Shown: positions 28,739-40,073, counted from the first letter of the stretch. The stretch: DNA of 64,000 bases from Verrucomicrobiota bacterium (GCA_027622665.1 JAQBYT010000003.1:1-64000); one strand, 5' to 3'. Notes: a model not told the origin generated them from the letters alone. A program made the numbers and translations.

Positions 28739-30880
28739 TTAGGGAAGAAACTTGAACTCGTGGCTATTGAGCATAATCCAACGCAGGTCGGCCATGCCCT
28801 CGAGAGGTGACTTCGACTCGGTAAGGAGGACCAGACCTTCCTCAACTTCTTCTTTGGTTGGTTCACGTGTGAAAGTCTCCAGATAAGCCAACTTGACGGC
28901 AGCCACATTGTCTTGATCCTTGCCGGTCAAGAGTTTGTGAATGGGTTCGAATGGTCCGACTCGGGAAGCTTCGTGGGTAAGTTTCCCGTTGAGCATCATC
29001 AATGCCTGCCTCATGGAGGCGGAAAAATCGCGAAAATCTCCTAGGCGATCCCGACCGGGTTGACCAAAGATGCGCAAGAAATGATCGGCTGGCGCCGGAG
29101 AAGCCATCAGGTAAGAACTCGAATACAAGGGATTGTCGTCCACTTTGTCCTCCATGTAGACGTATTTGTATTTGCCGCGGCGTGTAGGCGTCTTCGCCAT
29201 TTGAGCCATCCTCATCGCCTCCAAATCGCGTTCCGACTGCAACCGCATCGACTCCAGTTCCGCTTTCACTTCGTTACGGGCAAGAAGGGATTTGAAGTCC
29301 AAGGCGATGCTTTTCTCCAGATCGTATCCACCTCGCGGGGCAGCCATCGCAGCCATCGCTGGATTGCCGGAAGTAGAATCACTCGGAGTAGCTTCGGATA
29401 TTTTTTCTTTACCATTCTCGTCGAGGTAGACCCGCTCACGCCGCTTCACTGTCTTGATATTCGCTCCTTCAGGCCATTTATGCTTATCGAGATGACCAGC
29501 GATTATCATGCTGTCGAAGAGGGCCTCGCCTATCATCCGGCGGGAAGCTCCGGCGACAAAAGCCAGCTCGGAATCCAAACGCACCTTATTGGACAAAGAG
29601 GAATCCAAACGCCCTCGAGCGTATGCATCGGAATGCACGACCAGACGCACCATATCACGGAGATCGAACCCGACAGCCACAAATTCCTTTCGAAGAAAAT
29701 CCAATGTCTTCGGATGCGAGATGTCTTGGTATTTGGAGAAATCATCAATAGGTTCGTAAATACCACGCCCCATGAGCTCCGCCCAAAGACGGTTCACGAA
29801 GTTTTGGGCAAAATAACGGTTACGAGGATGGGTAACCAGTTTTGCCAGCTCGGTCCTCATCTCGCTGGCCTTGTAAAGGTCTCCCTTGATATCGAGACCG
29901 GCGTTCTGCCGTTTCAGCTCAGCATCAGGATCGAATCCAGCCGGACCATTCTTGCGAGAAGCGACGGCAACCGTTGCGACTGTCCCATCAAGCAAACTTT
30001 CGAGCGAGGCCACTGCACCAGGTATAGCCGCATCCTTACGCTGTTTGGCGCGTTTGGCCTCCAATCGAGAAACATGTTCGGGCTTCTTGTCAAACTGTTC
30101 CAGCAGGAAGGGGAATTTCGCTTCGATTGGATCACGAGACGGCGGCTTTTCCCGTTCAGGCGGCCAGAGCACTCGGTTTTCATCGGTCTCAGTGGTGTAT
30201 ACGGATCGCGTAAGTCTGCTTTCAATACGGCGAGTTTTCCCAAAGAAGCTGGCCATTTCATAAAACTGGCGCTGTTCCCAATCGTCGAATGGATGATCGT
30301 GACACTGTGCGCATTGCATACGAACCCCCAAGAAGACTTGAGCGGTAGCAGCAGTCAAGGCCATGGGGTCCACGTCATCGTTAAGAATAAAACCCACGGT
30401 GGGCGTACTGTTAGCACGTCCATTAGCCGAGATTAGTTCGCGAGCCAATTCATCGAAGGGCTTGTCCTCCTCTACCGCTTGATGAACATAGGCGAGCAAC
30501 GCAGTTCCGCTGGTCGCACCCGTACGGATTCGGAGCATATCCGCATAGAAAGCAGTCCACCGATCCGCAAAACGACCGTTCTTCATCAGCTCCTCAACTA
30601 TACGTTCGCGGCGCTCGGCAACCGGCCATTTCAAGTAACGGTTGATTTCCTTGTCGCTAGCGATACGCCCTATCAAATCCACGCTGATTTTTCGAAGGAA
30701 AGCCAAATCATTCAATACCGGTCCAGCAACCACACCTTGCTTGCCGGCGTTATCCTCGGCTAGAACCTCGTCCACCTTCGAAGCCCCGAAGATCGAGGTA
30801 GTAGCCAAAGCAGTCAGCGTTAAAAAGTTAGAGAAGAGATAAAATCTCCTTCCCCCTCCCATTGACAAAGTAAATTTCAT
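28739..30880 (-). CDS. DUF1549/DUF1553 (PSD2/PSD1) domain protein
   Basis: DLAFLRKISVDLIGRI; QCAQCHDHPFD; FVNRLWAELMGRG; QALMMLNG; DLRWIMLNSHEF. Start uncertain (30880 or 30862). Confidence 0.9.
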   Translation of the reverse strand: MKFTLSMGGGRRFYLFSNFLTLTALATTSIFGASKVDEVLAEDNAGKQGVVAGPVLNDLAFLRKISVDLIGRIASDKEINRYLKWPVAERRERIVEELMKNGRFADRWTAFYADMLRIRTGATSGTALLAYVHQAVEEDKPFDELARELISANGRANSTPTVGFILNDDVDPMALTAATAQVFLGVRMQCAQCHDHPFDDWEQRQFYEMASFFGKTRRIESRLTRSVYTTETDENRVLWPPEREKPPSRDPIEAKFPFLLEQFDKKPEHVSRLEAKRAKQRKDAAIPGAVASLESLLDGTVATVAVASRKNGPAGFDPDAELKRQNAGLDIKGDLYKASEMRTELAKLVTHPRNRYFAQNFVNRLWAELMGRGIYEPIDDFSKYQDISHPKTLDFLRKEFVAVGFDLRDMVRLVVHSDAYARGRLDSSLSNKVRLDSELAFVAGASRRMIGEALFDSMIIAGHLDKHKWPEGANIKTVKRRERVYLDENGKEKISEATPSDSTSGNPAMAAMAAPRGGYDLEKSIALDFKSLLARNEVKAELESMRLQSERDLEAMRMAQMAKTPTRRGKYKYVYMEDKVDDNPLYSSSYLMASPAPADHFLRIFGQPGRDRLGDFRDFSASMRQALMMLNGKLTHEASRVGPFEPIHKLLTGKDQDNVAAVKLAYLETFTREPTKEEVEEGLVLLTESKSPLEGMADLRWIMLNSHEFKFLP

Positions 30881-31174
30881 AAAGCTGAAAACATATTTCT
30901 TCCAAAACGAAACCCGCGTCAACTGGAAGGCTACACTTTTTGCAAAATAATTCCATGACCCTTATGTCCTGAGATGAGAATCCGGAAGGAAAGAATGACG
31001 CTGATGCTCTTGCGGTACCCGTGCTGCCCTTTATTCTTAGGCATTCTGCATCGAGTGACCCTCTGCTGAGAGCTAGAAGTCAGAGAACTCATTGACAGTC
31101 ATGCCGAAGACCTATGGACAAACTATAGAAGCCATGTTGAATTACTCCGATTCTTCGCTGCCAATTACAACACT

Positions 31175-33502
31175 ATGAAAAATTTGTTCGGTCTCATTCG
31201 TCTCGTCACCCTCGTCATTATCCCACATCTCTTAGTGTCTCCAAGTTTTGCCGAGAAAACGGCGACCAAACCCAAGGAGAAGTTTCATCTATACCTGCTG
31301 GTAGGCCAGTCTAACATGGCGGGACGTGGGAAAGTGGAGGCTCAAGACAAAAAACCACATCCTCGAGTTCTCATGCTGACCAAGGAGAACCAGTGGACAC
31401 CCGCCGTCGCCCCCCTCCATTTCGACAAACCCTTCGCCGGCACGGGTATCGGTAGAACCTTTGGAATCCGCATAGCCGATGGCAAACCCGACGTTACCGT
31501 AGGATTGATACCCTGCGCTGCCGGAGGTTCCCCCATCTCCGCTTGGGAACCGGGCGGTTACCATGGCCAGACCAAGAGCCATCCTTGGGACGATGCCATC
31601 AAAAGAGCCAAACTGGCCATGCGGGACGGGGTGCTTAAAGGGATTCTCTGGCACCAAGGGGAGTCCGACTCCCAAAAAGGTCTCGCCGAAATCTACGAAA
31701 AGAAACTCCATGAACTGGTCAATCGCTTCCGCGAGGAGTTGAATGCACCCGAAGTACCCTTCCTCGCAGGCCAAATGGGTCAATTTGCCGAACGCCCATG
31801 GAGTGATGCCAAGAAAATGGTGGATGCTGCCCATCGCACTCTCCCTAAACAGGTAAAGCGCACCGCCTTCGTTTCCTCGGACGACCTCGGTCACCAGGGC
31901 GACAAGATTCACTTCTCCGCCGCCGCCTTTCGAGCACTCGGCGAACGATACGCAAAGGCATACCTTGAGCATTTCGCCTCCCCCACCCCGACGAGCGTTC
32001 CTGCCAAACGTCCGAACATTCTCTTCGCCATTGCCGACGACTGGGGATTCGGGCATGCGGGCGCCTATGGTTGCAACTGGGTCAGGACTCCTTCCTTTGA
32101 TCGCGTAGCCCGCGACGGCATCCTCTTCAAACGGGCCTACACACCGAACGCCAAATGTGCTCCTTCCCGCGCGGTCATTCTTACTGGGCGCTATTCTTGG
32201 CAACTGGAGCAAGCCGCCAATCACATGAACGTATTCCCCGCCAAATTCGGAGGATTCATGGAAACCCTTGAGGCAAACGATTACTTCACAGGCTATACGG
32301 GCAAAGGATGGGGTCCCGGCATAGCCAACAATGCGGCAGGCAAACGCCGATTGATAACGGGACGATCTTTCGCCAAAAGAAAAGCAAAGCCGCCCGCCCG
32401 CGGCATTTCCAACAACGACTACTCCGCCAATTTCTCCGACTTTCTCGCCGAGGCACCTGAAGACAAGCCATGGTGCTTCTGGTACGGCACCACCGAACCC
32501 CATCGAGGTTACGAATACGGCAATGGCGTAAAGAGTGGCAAGAAGCTCAGCGACGTGGACCGAGTCCCCGCCTTCTGGCCCGACAACGAAACGATCCGCA
32601 ACGACATGCTCGACTACTCCATGGAGGTCGAACATTACGACATGCACCTTGGGCGCATACTGGCCGCCCTCAAGGAAAGCGGGCAACTCGACGACACCCT
32701 CGTCTTCGCGACCTCCGACCACGGCATGCCCTTCCCTCGATGCAAGGGTCAGGCTTACGACTCATCCAACCACATCCCCATGGCCGCCATGTGGTCACAA
32801 GGAATTAACGGCAAGGGCAGAATCGTGGAGGATTACGTAAGCTTCGCAGACCTAGCCCCGACCTTTCTGACAGTCGCCGGGATCAAGAATCCCCCCCCCA
32901 TCATGCAACCCATGACCGGGCGCAGCCTGACCGACGTCTTCGACTCACCCAAATCGGGACAAGTCATTGCCGACCGCGATCACGTTCTGATTGGGAAGGA
33001 ACGTCACGACGTCGGACGCCCCGCTAACGGTGGCTACCCCATTCGAGGCATCGTAAAGGGAGACAAACTCTACATCCGCAATTACGAGACAGGCCGTTGG
33101 CCAGCCGGCAACCCCGAGACGGGTTACTTAAATTGCGACGGAAGCCCGACTAAGACCGTCCTGCTCGACCAACGACGAGAAGGTAATCCCAAGTTCTGGC
33201 AAATGAACTTCGGCAAACGCCCGACCGATGAGCTATACGACCTGAAAGCGGATCCCGATTGCGTCAAAAACTTGGCTGAGGACCAAGCCCACCTCGAACT
33301 GCGGTACAAGCTATCCAACCAAATGGAGAAGGAGCTCACGGAGCAGGGCGACCCGCGCCAATCGGGCAACGGCAAAATCTTCGACACTTACCCTTTCGTC
33401 GGCAACTGGAACAATTTCTTCGAAAAATTCACTTCCGGGAAGAAAACGCCCGGCACCGGATGGGTGAAAGCCTCGGACTACGAACAAGCTCCATTAGATT
33501 AA
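31175..33502 (+). CDS. Fusion of an SGNH acetylesterase (SASA/DUF303-type) and a sulfatase
   Basis: N-terminal [30 protein letters not shown]; Pro/Thr linker; then [36 protein letters not shown]. Confidence 0.9.
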   Translation: MKNLFGLIRLVTLVIIPHLLVSPSFAEKTATKPKEKFHLYLLVGQSNMAGRGKVEAQDKKPHPRVLMLTKENQWTPAVAPLHFDKPFAGTGIGRTFGIRIADGKPDVTVGLIPCAAGGSPISAWEPGGYHGQTKSHPWDDAIKRAKLAMRDGVLKGILWHQGESDSQKGLAEIYEKKLHELVNRFREELNAPEVPFLAGQMGQFAERPWSDAKKMVDAAHRTLPKQVKRTAFVSSDDLGHQGDKIHFSAAAFRALGERYAKAYLEHFASPTPTSVPAKRPNILFAIADDWGFGHAGAYGCNWVRTPSFDRVARDGILFKRAYTPNAKCAPSRAVILTGRYSWQLEQAANHMNVFPAKFGGFMETLEANDYFTGYTGKGWGPGIANNAAGKRRLITGRSFAKRKAKPPARGISNNDYSANFSDFLAEAPEDKPWCFWYGTTEPHRGYEYGNGVKSGKKLSDVDRVPAFWPDNETIRNDMLDYSMEVEHYDMHLGRILAALKESGQLDDTLVFATSDHGMPFPRCKGQAYDSSNHIPMAAMWSQGINGKGRIVEDYVSFADLAPTFLTVAGIKNPPPIMQPMTGRSLTDVFDSPKSGQVIADRDHVLIGKERHDVGRPANGGYPIRGIVKGDKLYIRNYETGRWPAGNPETGYLNCDGSPTKTVLLDQRREGNPKFWQMNFGKRPTDELYDLKADPDCVKNLAEDQAHLELRYKLSNQMEKELTEQGDPRQSGNGKIFDTYPFVGNWNNFFEKFTSGKKTPGTGWVKASDYEQAPLD

Positions 33503-33590
33503 AGTCGTCCGGCAATAGATTTCCGTTTGCCATTCATCGAACGATAAGACGTTAAGAAACATTTGCCCGAAATCTCCGAAGAGAAAACAT

Positions 33591-35729
33591 ATGACTCGTA
33601 AACTAAGTATCGTGCTGGCGTTTGCCGCATCCTTTTTCCAAGCATCGGCACAAGTCGACAAAAACGCGACCGCTCCTCGCACCCTGCCCGAATTGGCGGT
33701 CGAGGCGAAACCGATCAAGGAATTGAACTGGGGAGGTTCCGCTCCTATCGATGGCTCTCAAGTTGAGAATCGAGGCATCGGATCCATCAGCGACTTGTCC
33801 GGAATCGCTCCCAACTTCTACGTCAACGCCAACGGCATGCAGTCCTATGGTGACGTCATCACCATGCGAGGGATCGGCAACACACAGCTATTCGGCGATC
33901 CCGCAGTAATTCTCTACATTGACGGAGTCCCCGCAGGCAGCACTGCTACGTATTCTTCCGCCTTGTTCGACCTCGAAAGCGTGGAAGTGCTCCCCGGTTT
34001 CCAAGGACATCGCTTTGGCAAGAACGCTCCCGGTGGCGTCATCAACGTAAAGACGAGACGCCCCGGAGATACCCACCGATCCAAACTGTTCGCATCCTAC
34101 GGTAGCTTCAACACACAGAACTATCGAATCCTCGCCGACGGTCCAATGAGCAATTCGTCTTCGTACTACTTCGGGCTCAATCGCTCCAGCAGCGATGGCT
34201 TTGCAGATAACCTGAACGCCGCAGGCAACGACGCAACATCGGAAAGCCTGAACGGCAGGCTCGGATTCAACTGGAAAACCGAAGGTGGCCTTGAAATAGG
34301 CATAGGCGGCACATGGGAAGAATTCGAACTTGGTGCCCAACCGATCGTTCCAAGGGCAAATGGGGGCAATCCTAGTTTTACCAGTTTCTACAACCGCAAC
34401 TCAGCCTTAAAAGAAACCAGTAAGATAGAGCTAAACAGCCAATACCTAAGTTTGGCCAAGGATACGGATTTCGGAAGAATCAAATCAACAACTGGCAGAA
34501 ACGCTTGGGAAATTAATCCAACTTTACTTAACCTAAGTTATGTAGACAGCTCCCTTGCGGGGCTCTTTGCTTTGAGACCCGACTTGACTTCCACTTCAAC
34601 AATTATCGAAGAAAGAACCAATTGGTCGGAGGAACTCAGTCTGACATCAGATTCAGACGAAGACACGGTCTGGGAAATAGGGCTGTTTTTAAATTCACAA
34701 GATGTCGACGTCCGAGCCAAAAGGATGATCCCTATGCCAAGTGATGGAAATCAAACAAATATCGCGGGTTATCAACTATACTCATCGGAGACGACCTATA
34801 GCAGCAAAGCCAACGATTACAGCATTCGAGGGAAAATGATTCAAAAAATTCTGGTAAATTCCCAGTTGGAAGGCGGATTGAGGATGGATTTTTCAAAGCA
34901 AAAGCTCAACCGAACAAAATCTAATTCCTACCCATTTCTCCCCCTAGTACCGACCTCTAATCTTCAGGAAAACTTTGAATGGGCATCAGGTTTTCTTGGA
35001 TTTACTCACCCGATGAGCGATACAATTGCCTTTACCATTAATTCATCTTTCTCCGCAAAACCTGGTGGTTTTTCTGCTTACCTAGATCCGGGTTCAGCAC
35101 TAAGCGAGAAATTCTCAAAAGAAAAAAGCTGGCAAAACGAAATCGGATTGAGTCTCAGCCCGTCCGAAACATTTGGAATCAATGTCACTGGATATTGGAA
35201 CGAAATCGACGATTATCAGTTTGAATTACCTGTCCCTTTGTCTACGGATTATTATGTAGCCAATGCAGACGAAGTTTTAACGAAAGGAATAGAAATTGAG
35301 GCTTATTTCAAGCCACTGGAAGAATTAACCTTCTCGGCAGCTTACGGTCTTACTGAGAGCGAATACGAAAAGTTTTCCGCCTTGCCCGCATTAGTAGGAA
35401 AACAAGTTTCGTTTGTCCCGGACCACACGCTTTCCCTGTCCTTTTCCTATGAACACGACAGCGGCATTTCAGGACATTTGGGCACAAGGACGATTGGACA
35501 AACCCACTATTGGAATAACACAGGGACGAATAATACGGACATTCAGGACACTTACACGCTCCTTGACGCTTCCATTGGTTTCGAAAGAAACGGATGGGGT
35601 GTGAACGTATTCGGCACAAACCTTACGGACGAAGAATATTATTCCTCTCTGGTCAGCAGTCTTACGGGTTCTCCCGGCATCGTGGGTTCGCCCCGGGTAA
35701 TCGGTTTAAGCCTCTCCAAGGAATTCTAA
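33591..35729 (+). CDS. TonB-dependent outer membrane receptor
   Basis: Signal peptide; TonB-box-like LPELAVEA; plug motifs ITMRGIG, YIDGVP, DLESVEVL, GGVINV; barrel end GTNLTDEEY...PRVIGLSLSKEF. Confidence 0.92.
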   Translation: MTRKLSIVLAFAASFFQASAQVDKNATAPRTLPELAVEAKPIKELNWGGSAPIDGSQVENRGIGSISDLSGIAPNFYVNANGMQSYGDVITMRGIGNTQLFGDPAVILYIDGVPAGSTATYSSALFDLESVEVLPGFQGHRFGKNAPGGVINVKTRRPGDTHRSKLFASYGSFNTQNYRILADGPMSNSSSYYFGLNRSSSDGFADNLNAAGNDATSESLNGRLGFNWKTEGGLEIGIGGTWEEFELGAQPIVPRANGGNPSFTSFYNRNSALKETSKIELNSQYLSLAKDTDFGRIKSTTGRNAWEINPTLLNLSYVDSSLAGLFALRPDLTSTSTIIEERTNWSEELSLTSDSDEDTVWEIGLFLNSQDVDVRAKRMIPMPSDGNQTNIAGYQLYSSETTYSSKANDYSIRGKMIQKILVNSQLEGGLRMDFSKQKLNRTKSNSYPFLPLVPTSNLQENFEWASGFLGFTHPMSDTIAFTINSSFSAKPGGFSAYLDPGSALSEKFSKEKSWQNEIGLSLSPSETFGINVTGYWNEIDDYQFELPVPLSTDYYVANADEVLTKGIEIEAYFKPLEELTFSAAYGLTESEYEKFSALPALVGKQVSFVPDHTLSLSFSYEHDSGISGHLGTRTIGQTHYWNNTGTNNTDIQDTYTLLDASIGFERNGWGVNVFGTNLTDEEYYSSLVSSLTGSPGIVGSPRVIGLSLSKEF

Positions 35730-37000
35730 TTCTCGTTTCTTCCTTCTTGTCGTTTCAGGAAGGGATAGGTGCCGAAGATACTGGCTCCGGCAAGGAGCAG
35801 GTAGAAGATAGCTATCGCGACGAACCCGTCGCGCAGGGAATCTTCGTGCAGGAGGCGACCGCGGGGTAATTCCGCATAGACGCCCAACCCCCAAACGAGG
35901 ATCGGGGCTAGGAGATACTGTACAACGTTTACCAAGCTGCCGAGACGACCCACAACTTCAGCCTCGCATTCTCGCTGCAAGGTCGTGTTGGCGAGTATTC
36001 CGACTAGTTGGCCAAACAGGGCAAACCCTGCAAAGCACAACATCGCGAAGGCAAGCGACTGACTGAAGCTAACTAATAGGCAGCTCGTCGCCACTAGGAA
36101 CAAGGCGATTGTCGGCAAGGTCGGCCGCGTTCCAAACCGTTGCAGAAAAAGGGGCAACCCCAAACCGCAAACCATGGCGCCGAGTCCGTAGGACATGTCC
36201 AATAAGCCGAATCCTTCGGCGCCCGCCTGCAAGGAATCCGTGCTGAATCCCACTAGAAGAACGTTCGACATATGAGCGGCATAGCCGGGTGCCAACCCGA
36301 AGAGAGCGAAAAAGAACAGGGGCTTATTCGCTCGGGCGTAGCCCAAACCCTCCGCGAACTCATCAAAAAAACTCCGCAGCCCGATACGACCTTTAGGTTT
36401 GAGTGGGCGATCGGGAAACCATCGACGAATAAAAACCCAGCCTAATGCGGCTCCCGCAAACCCCGCCGCCGCCATGGAAAAGGAACCTATGGCGCCAAGG
36501 CGCCCGTACAACATTCCCGCCAACCCGGCCCCCATAAGGTATCCTCCTTGCATGAGAGCCGTGTTGAGACTGTTGGCATGTAGCAATTCGGCCTTCGACA
36601 AGTGCTCTCTCAAAAATGCGGGCAAAGTTGTCCAAAACAGGGTGCTCCCCGAGCTCATCAGTACCGCGTAAACATATAAGTGAGAAGGGCGAAAAGCTCC
36701 CCAAACAATCATCGCGATAAGCAGGCAATCCAAAACCAAGACATAGCAAGTCGAGAGCAACAATACCTTTCGACGGTTGCAACGATCCGCCAGCACCCCG
36801 CAAAAGGGAAGCAATAGCAAGGGCGGCATCAAGTAACTGAGAACGAGCCAAGCAGTGGATGCGGGCGACTTGGTATCATCGTACAGAACCCAGTGACTGG
36901 CTACGAAATGAAAACCGCCTCCGATCGAAGTCGCTACATGGAACAGCATGAAGAAGCGATAACCCGGACGCCGCAAAGGATTATTCGGCGACAACTTCAT
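35726..37000 (-). CDS. MFS transporter
   Basis: About 12 hydrophobic helices; motif A GVLADRCNRR; LLHANS; LQRECEAEVVGR. The 3' end overlaps the receptor's by 4 nt. Confidence 0.88.
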   Translation of the reverse strand: MKLSPNNPLRRPGYRFFMLFHVATSIGGGFHFVASHWVLYDDTKSPASTAWLVLSYLMPPLLLLPFCGVLADRCNRRKVLLLSTCYVLVLDCLLIAMIVWGAFRPSHLYVYAVLMSSGSTLFWTTLPAFLREHLSKAELLHANSLNTALMQGGYLMGAGLAGMLYGRLGAIGSFSMAAAGFAGAALGWVFIRRWFPDRPLKPKGRIGLRSFFDEFAEGLGYARANKPLFFFALFGLAPGYAAHMSNVLLVGFSTDSLQAGAEGFGLLDMSYGLGAMVCGLGLPLFLQRFGTRPTLPTIALFLVATSCLLVSFSQSLAFAMLCFAGFALFGQLVGILANTTLQRECEAEVVGRLGSLVNVVQYLLAPILVWGLGVYAELPRGRLLHEDSLRDGFVAIAIFYLLLAGASIFGTYPFLKRQEGRNEN

Positions 37001-37074
37001 TCCCAACATCCAAACATTGCTCGCAAGCATCGCTTTCGCTGGTCAACCTGCAAGCTTTCCTTCAAAAAGATCAT

Positions 37075-38574
37075 ATGAATCTCCCGCGTTGGTCCATCGG
37101 TCTTGGTGCCTTGCTGATACTCGCAACAACCATGTCCGCCAAGGATCGACCTCCCAATTTCGTCGTACTGTTCATCGACGACATGGGTTACGGCGACGCG
37201 GGTTGCTTTGGATCGAAGGACATTCGCACCCCGCGAATCGACCGTATGGCAAGGGAGGGTATGAGGTTCACCAGTTTCTACGCCCAGCCAATTTGCGGGC
37301 CTTCTCGGGCCGCCCTCATGACGGGTTGCCAACCCATGCGGGTGGCGGAGCGAGGCAACGTCAAGAACGTCCATCCCGTGCTCCACGGCAAGGAGATCAC
37401 CATAGCGGAAGTGTTGAAGACTAAAGGATATGCCACGGCCTGTTTCGGAAAGTGGGATTTGGCCAAGCACGCCCAGTCCGGTTTCTACATGGACTTGTTT
37501 CCCACTCGCCAAGGATTCGATTACTTCTTCGGCACACCCACCAGCAATGACTCCGTGGTCAATCTCTACCGCAACGAGAAACTGATTGAACCAAAGACCG
37601 ACATGGCGTCGTTGACCAAGCGTTACACAGACGAGGCCATCGCCTTCATGAAGAAGAGCAAGGACCAACCGTTCTTCGTCTATGTTCCACACACCATGCC
37701 CCACACTCGTTTGGCGGTCACCGAACCATTCAAGGGTAAAAGCAAGCGGGGCCTGTACGGCGACGTCATCGAGGAGATCGATTTCAACGTCGGTCGCGTC
37801 CTCGATGCCATCGAGGAGTCGGAAATAGCCAAGAACACTTACGTACTCTTCACCAGCGACAACGGCCCTTGGCTGATCAAAAACAAGAATCATCAAGATG
37901 GACGACTACCGGGGGATCACGGTGGTTCGGCCGATCCTTTGCGGAGCGGAAAAGTATCCACCTTCGAGGGCGGGGTACGTGTGCCGACCGTCCTGTGGGG
38001 ACCAGGTCGCGTTCCCGCCGGAACCACCTGCGACAAGATCGCTAGCACACTCGACCTACTGCCTACCTTGTCCGCCTTGGCAGGTGCAGAACCCCCAAAG
38101 GATCGTGTCATCGACGGGGAGGACGTCACTCACCTCTTCCACGGCAAATTCGACCAAGCGAATCCGGACAAAGCGTTTTACTATTACTTGCGCGTGCATC
38201 TCCAGGCCGTGAGGCAAGGGAAATGGAAACTGCATTTGCCTAGGGAAGTGAAACAACCCGGCACCGAACCCTTTCTCGTCAACCGACACATCGCTCCGGC
38301 AGATCGCGTGGGCTTCGATAAACCTTTCTTGGTCGACTTGGAAAAAGACATCGGGGAGACCACAAACTTGGCTGAATATCACCCCGCAGTGGTTCAGCGC
38401 TTGCTCGACTTGGCCGAGGGCATGCGCAAGGACCTGGGAGACTTCGATCAAGTCGGGACGAACATGCGCTTCTTCGATCCGATTGAACCGCATCCGACCA
38501 AGCCTCCTCTCCCTCCGTCCAGAAAACCGAAACCGAAGAAACCCACGAAGCCTCGACCCAAGATCAATAAATGA
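37075..38574 (+). CDS. Sulfatase (arylsulfatase-like)
   Basis: [46 protein letters not shown]; Pro/Lys-rich tail. Confidence 0.93.
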   Translation: MNLPRWSIGLGALLILATTMSAKDRPPNFVVLFIDDMGYGDAGCFGSKDIRTPRIDRMAREGMRFTSFYAQPICGPSRAALMTGCQPMRVAERGNVKNVHPVLHGKEITIAEVLKTKGYATACFGKWDLAKHAQSGFYMDLFPTRQGFDYFFGTPTSNDSVVNLYRNEKLIEPKTDMASLTKRYTDEAIAFMKKSKDQPFFVYVPHTMPHTRLAVTEPFKGKSKRGLYGDVIEEIDFNVGRVLDAIEESEIAKNTYVLFTSDNGPWLIKNKNHQDGRLPGDHGGSADPLRSGKVSTFEGGVRVPTVLWGPGRVPAGTTCDKIASTLDLLPTLSALAGAEPPKDRVIDGEDVTHLFHGKFDQANPDKAFYYYLRVHLQAVRQGKWKLHLPREVKQPGTEPFLVNRHIAPADRVGFDKPFLVDLEKDIGETTNLAEYHPAVVQRLLDLAEGMRKDLGDFDQVGTNMRFFDPIEPHPTKPPLPPSRKPKPKKPTKPRPKINK

Positions 38575-38600
38575 ATTCTTTCACCATCAAGCCAACACTC

Positions 38601-40073
38601 ATGAAATTTCAAACCAGAGCTACTCTCCTCCTCTGCGCTGCCCTAGCCACTTGCTCCATTGGCACAATGGCTAAGAAGAAGCCGATGAACTTTGTATTCT
38701 TCCTCGTCGACGACATGGGTTGGGCGGATATCGGGGCCAATGGGAGCACTTTTCACGAGACACCCAACATCGACAAGTTGGCCGGCTCGGGAATGAGATT
38801 CACCAATGGTTACGCAGCCTGTCCGGTCTGCTCGCCCACCCGGGCAAGCATAATGACCGGGCGCCATCCCGTTCGGGTCGACATCACCGACTGGATACCG
38901 GGACAGTCCAACAACAATCGAAACAAGTTACTTCATCCGGAGGACCGCAACAATCTGGCCCATGAGGAAGTAACCATTGCCGAGGAACTGAAGAGCCACG
39001 GCTACCAAACCTTCTTCGCAGGAAAATGGCACCTCGGCAACGAGGGACATTGGCCCAACAATCAAGGGTTCGACGTCAACATTGGCGGACACCACAAGGG
39101 CTCGCCTCCCGGCGGTTATTACGCTCCTTGGACCAATCCGGCTCTAAAGTCCAAGAAGCCCGGTGAATACCTGACCGAGCGCCTGACCGAGGAGTCGGTT
39201 AAGTTCATGGAAGATCGGGACAAGGAAAAGCCCTTCCTCCTCTATCTCTCCTATTACAACATCCATACCCCCATTGAGGCTTACAAGAAACGGATCGCCC
39301 ATTATTCGGAAAAGGCGAAAAAGACATTCGAAGGCAACAGCCCCACCCGACCCGAGCACGAAGGAGCTACCCGCATGCGCCAAGACAACGCTGCTCTCGC
39401 ATCGATGGTCGCGGCGGTAGACGACAGCGTAGGAGCATTGCTGGGCAAACTCGACGAATTGAAGATCGCCAACGACACCGTGGTGATTTTCTTCAGTGAC
39501 AACGGAGGCTTAAGCACGCTTCGAGGCCCCGGCCCAGGATGCAACCTACCCTTGCGGGCGGGGAAAGGCTGGCTATATGAGGGTGGCGTGCGAGAACCAA
39601 CCATCGTGCGAGCACCGGGGGTAACCAAACCCGGAAGCGTCTCCGACGAACCCGTTGTAAGCATGGACTTTTTTCCCACCATGCTGGAGTTGGCGGATTT
39701 GCCTCAACGTCCCAAACTGCATGCGGATGGTCGAAGCATCGTGCCCGAACTAAAGGGTGGCGCGGGTGAATCACGCCCCCTGTTTTGGCACTACCCGCAT
39801 TATCATGGTTCCACTTGGAAACCCGGATCTTCCATTCGTGACGGCGACTGGAAGCTGATCGCTTTCTACCATTACGACACGGTCGAACTGTACAATTTGG
39901 CCAAGGATCCTTCTGAGAAAAAAGATCTCTCCAAAGCCAATCCGAGCAAGGCCAAGGAATTGCAGGACAAGTTGCTCGCTTGGCAAAAAAGAATGAAAGC
40001 AAAGATGCCCGTGCCCAATCCGAATTACGATCCGCAGTCAGCAGGCAAAAAGCGTAAGCCAAATAAGAAATAA
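38601..40073 (+). CDS. Sulfatase
   Basis: [47 protein letters not shown]. Alternative start at 38571. Confidence 0.93.
   Translation: MKFQTRATLLLCAALATCSIGTMAKKKPMNFVFFLVDDMGWADIGANGSTFHETPNIDKLAGSGMRFTNGYAACPVCSPTRASIMTGRHPVRVDITDWIPGQSNNNRNKLLHPEDRNNLAHEEVTIAEELKSHGYQTFFAGKWHLGNEGHWPNNQGFDVNIGGHHKGSPPGGYYAPWTNPALKSKKPGEYLTERLTEESVKFMEDRDKEKPFLLYLSYYNIHTPIEAYKKRIAHYSEKAKKTFEGNSPTRPEHEGATRMRQDNAALASMVAAVDDSVGALLGKLDELKIANDTVVIFFSDNGGLSTLRGPGPGCNLPLRAGKGWLYEGGVREPTIVRAPGVTKPGSVSDEPVVSMDFFPTMLELADLPQRPKLHADGRSIVPELKGGAGESRPLFWHYPHYHGSTWKPGSSIRDGDWKLIAFYHYDTVELYNLAKDPSEKKDLSKANPSKAKELQDKLLAWQKRMKAKMPVPNPNYDPQSAGKKRKPNKK

Noticed and set aside
30931..30960. Sigma54-like element upstream of the motor cluster (minus strand TGGAATTATTTTGCA)
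   Set aside because: GG-to-GC spacing is 9 nt instead of the required 10.
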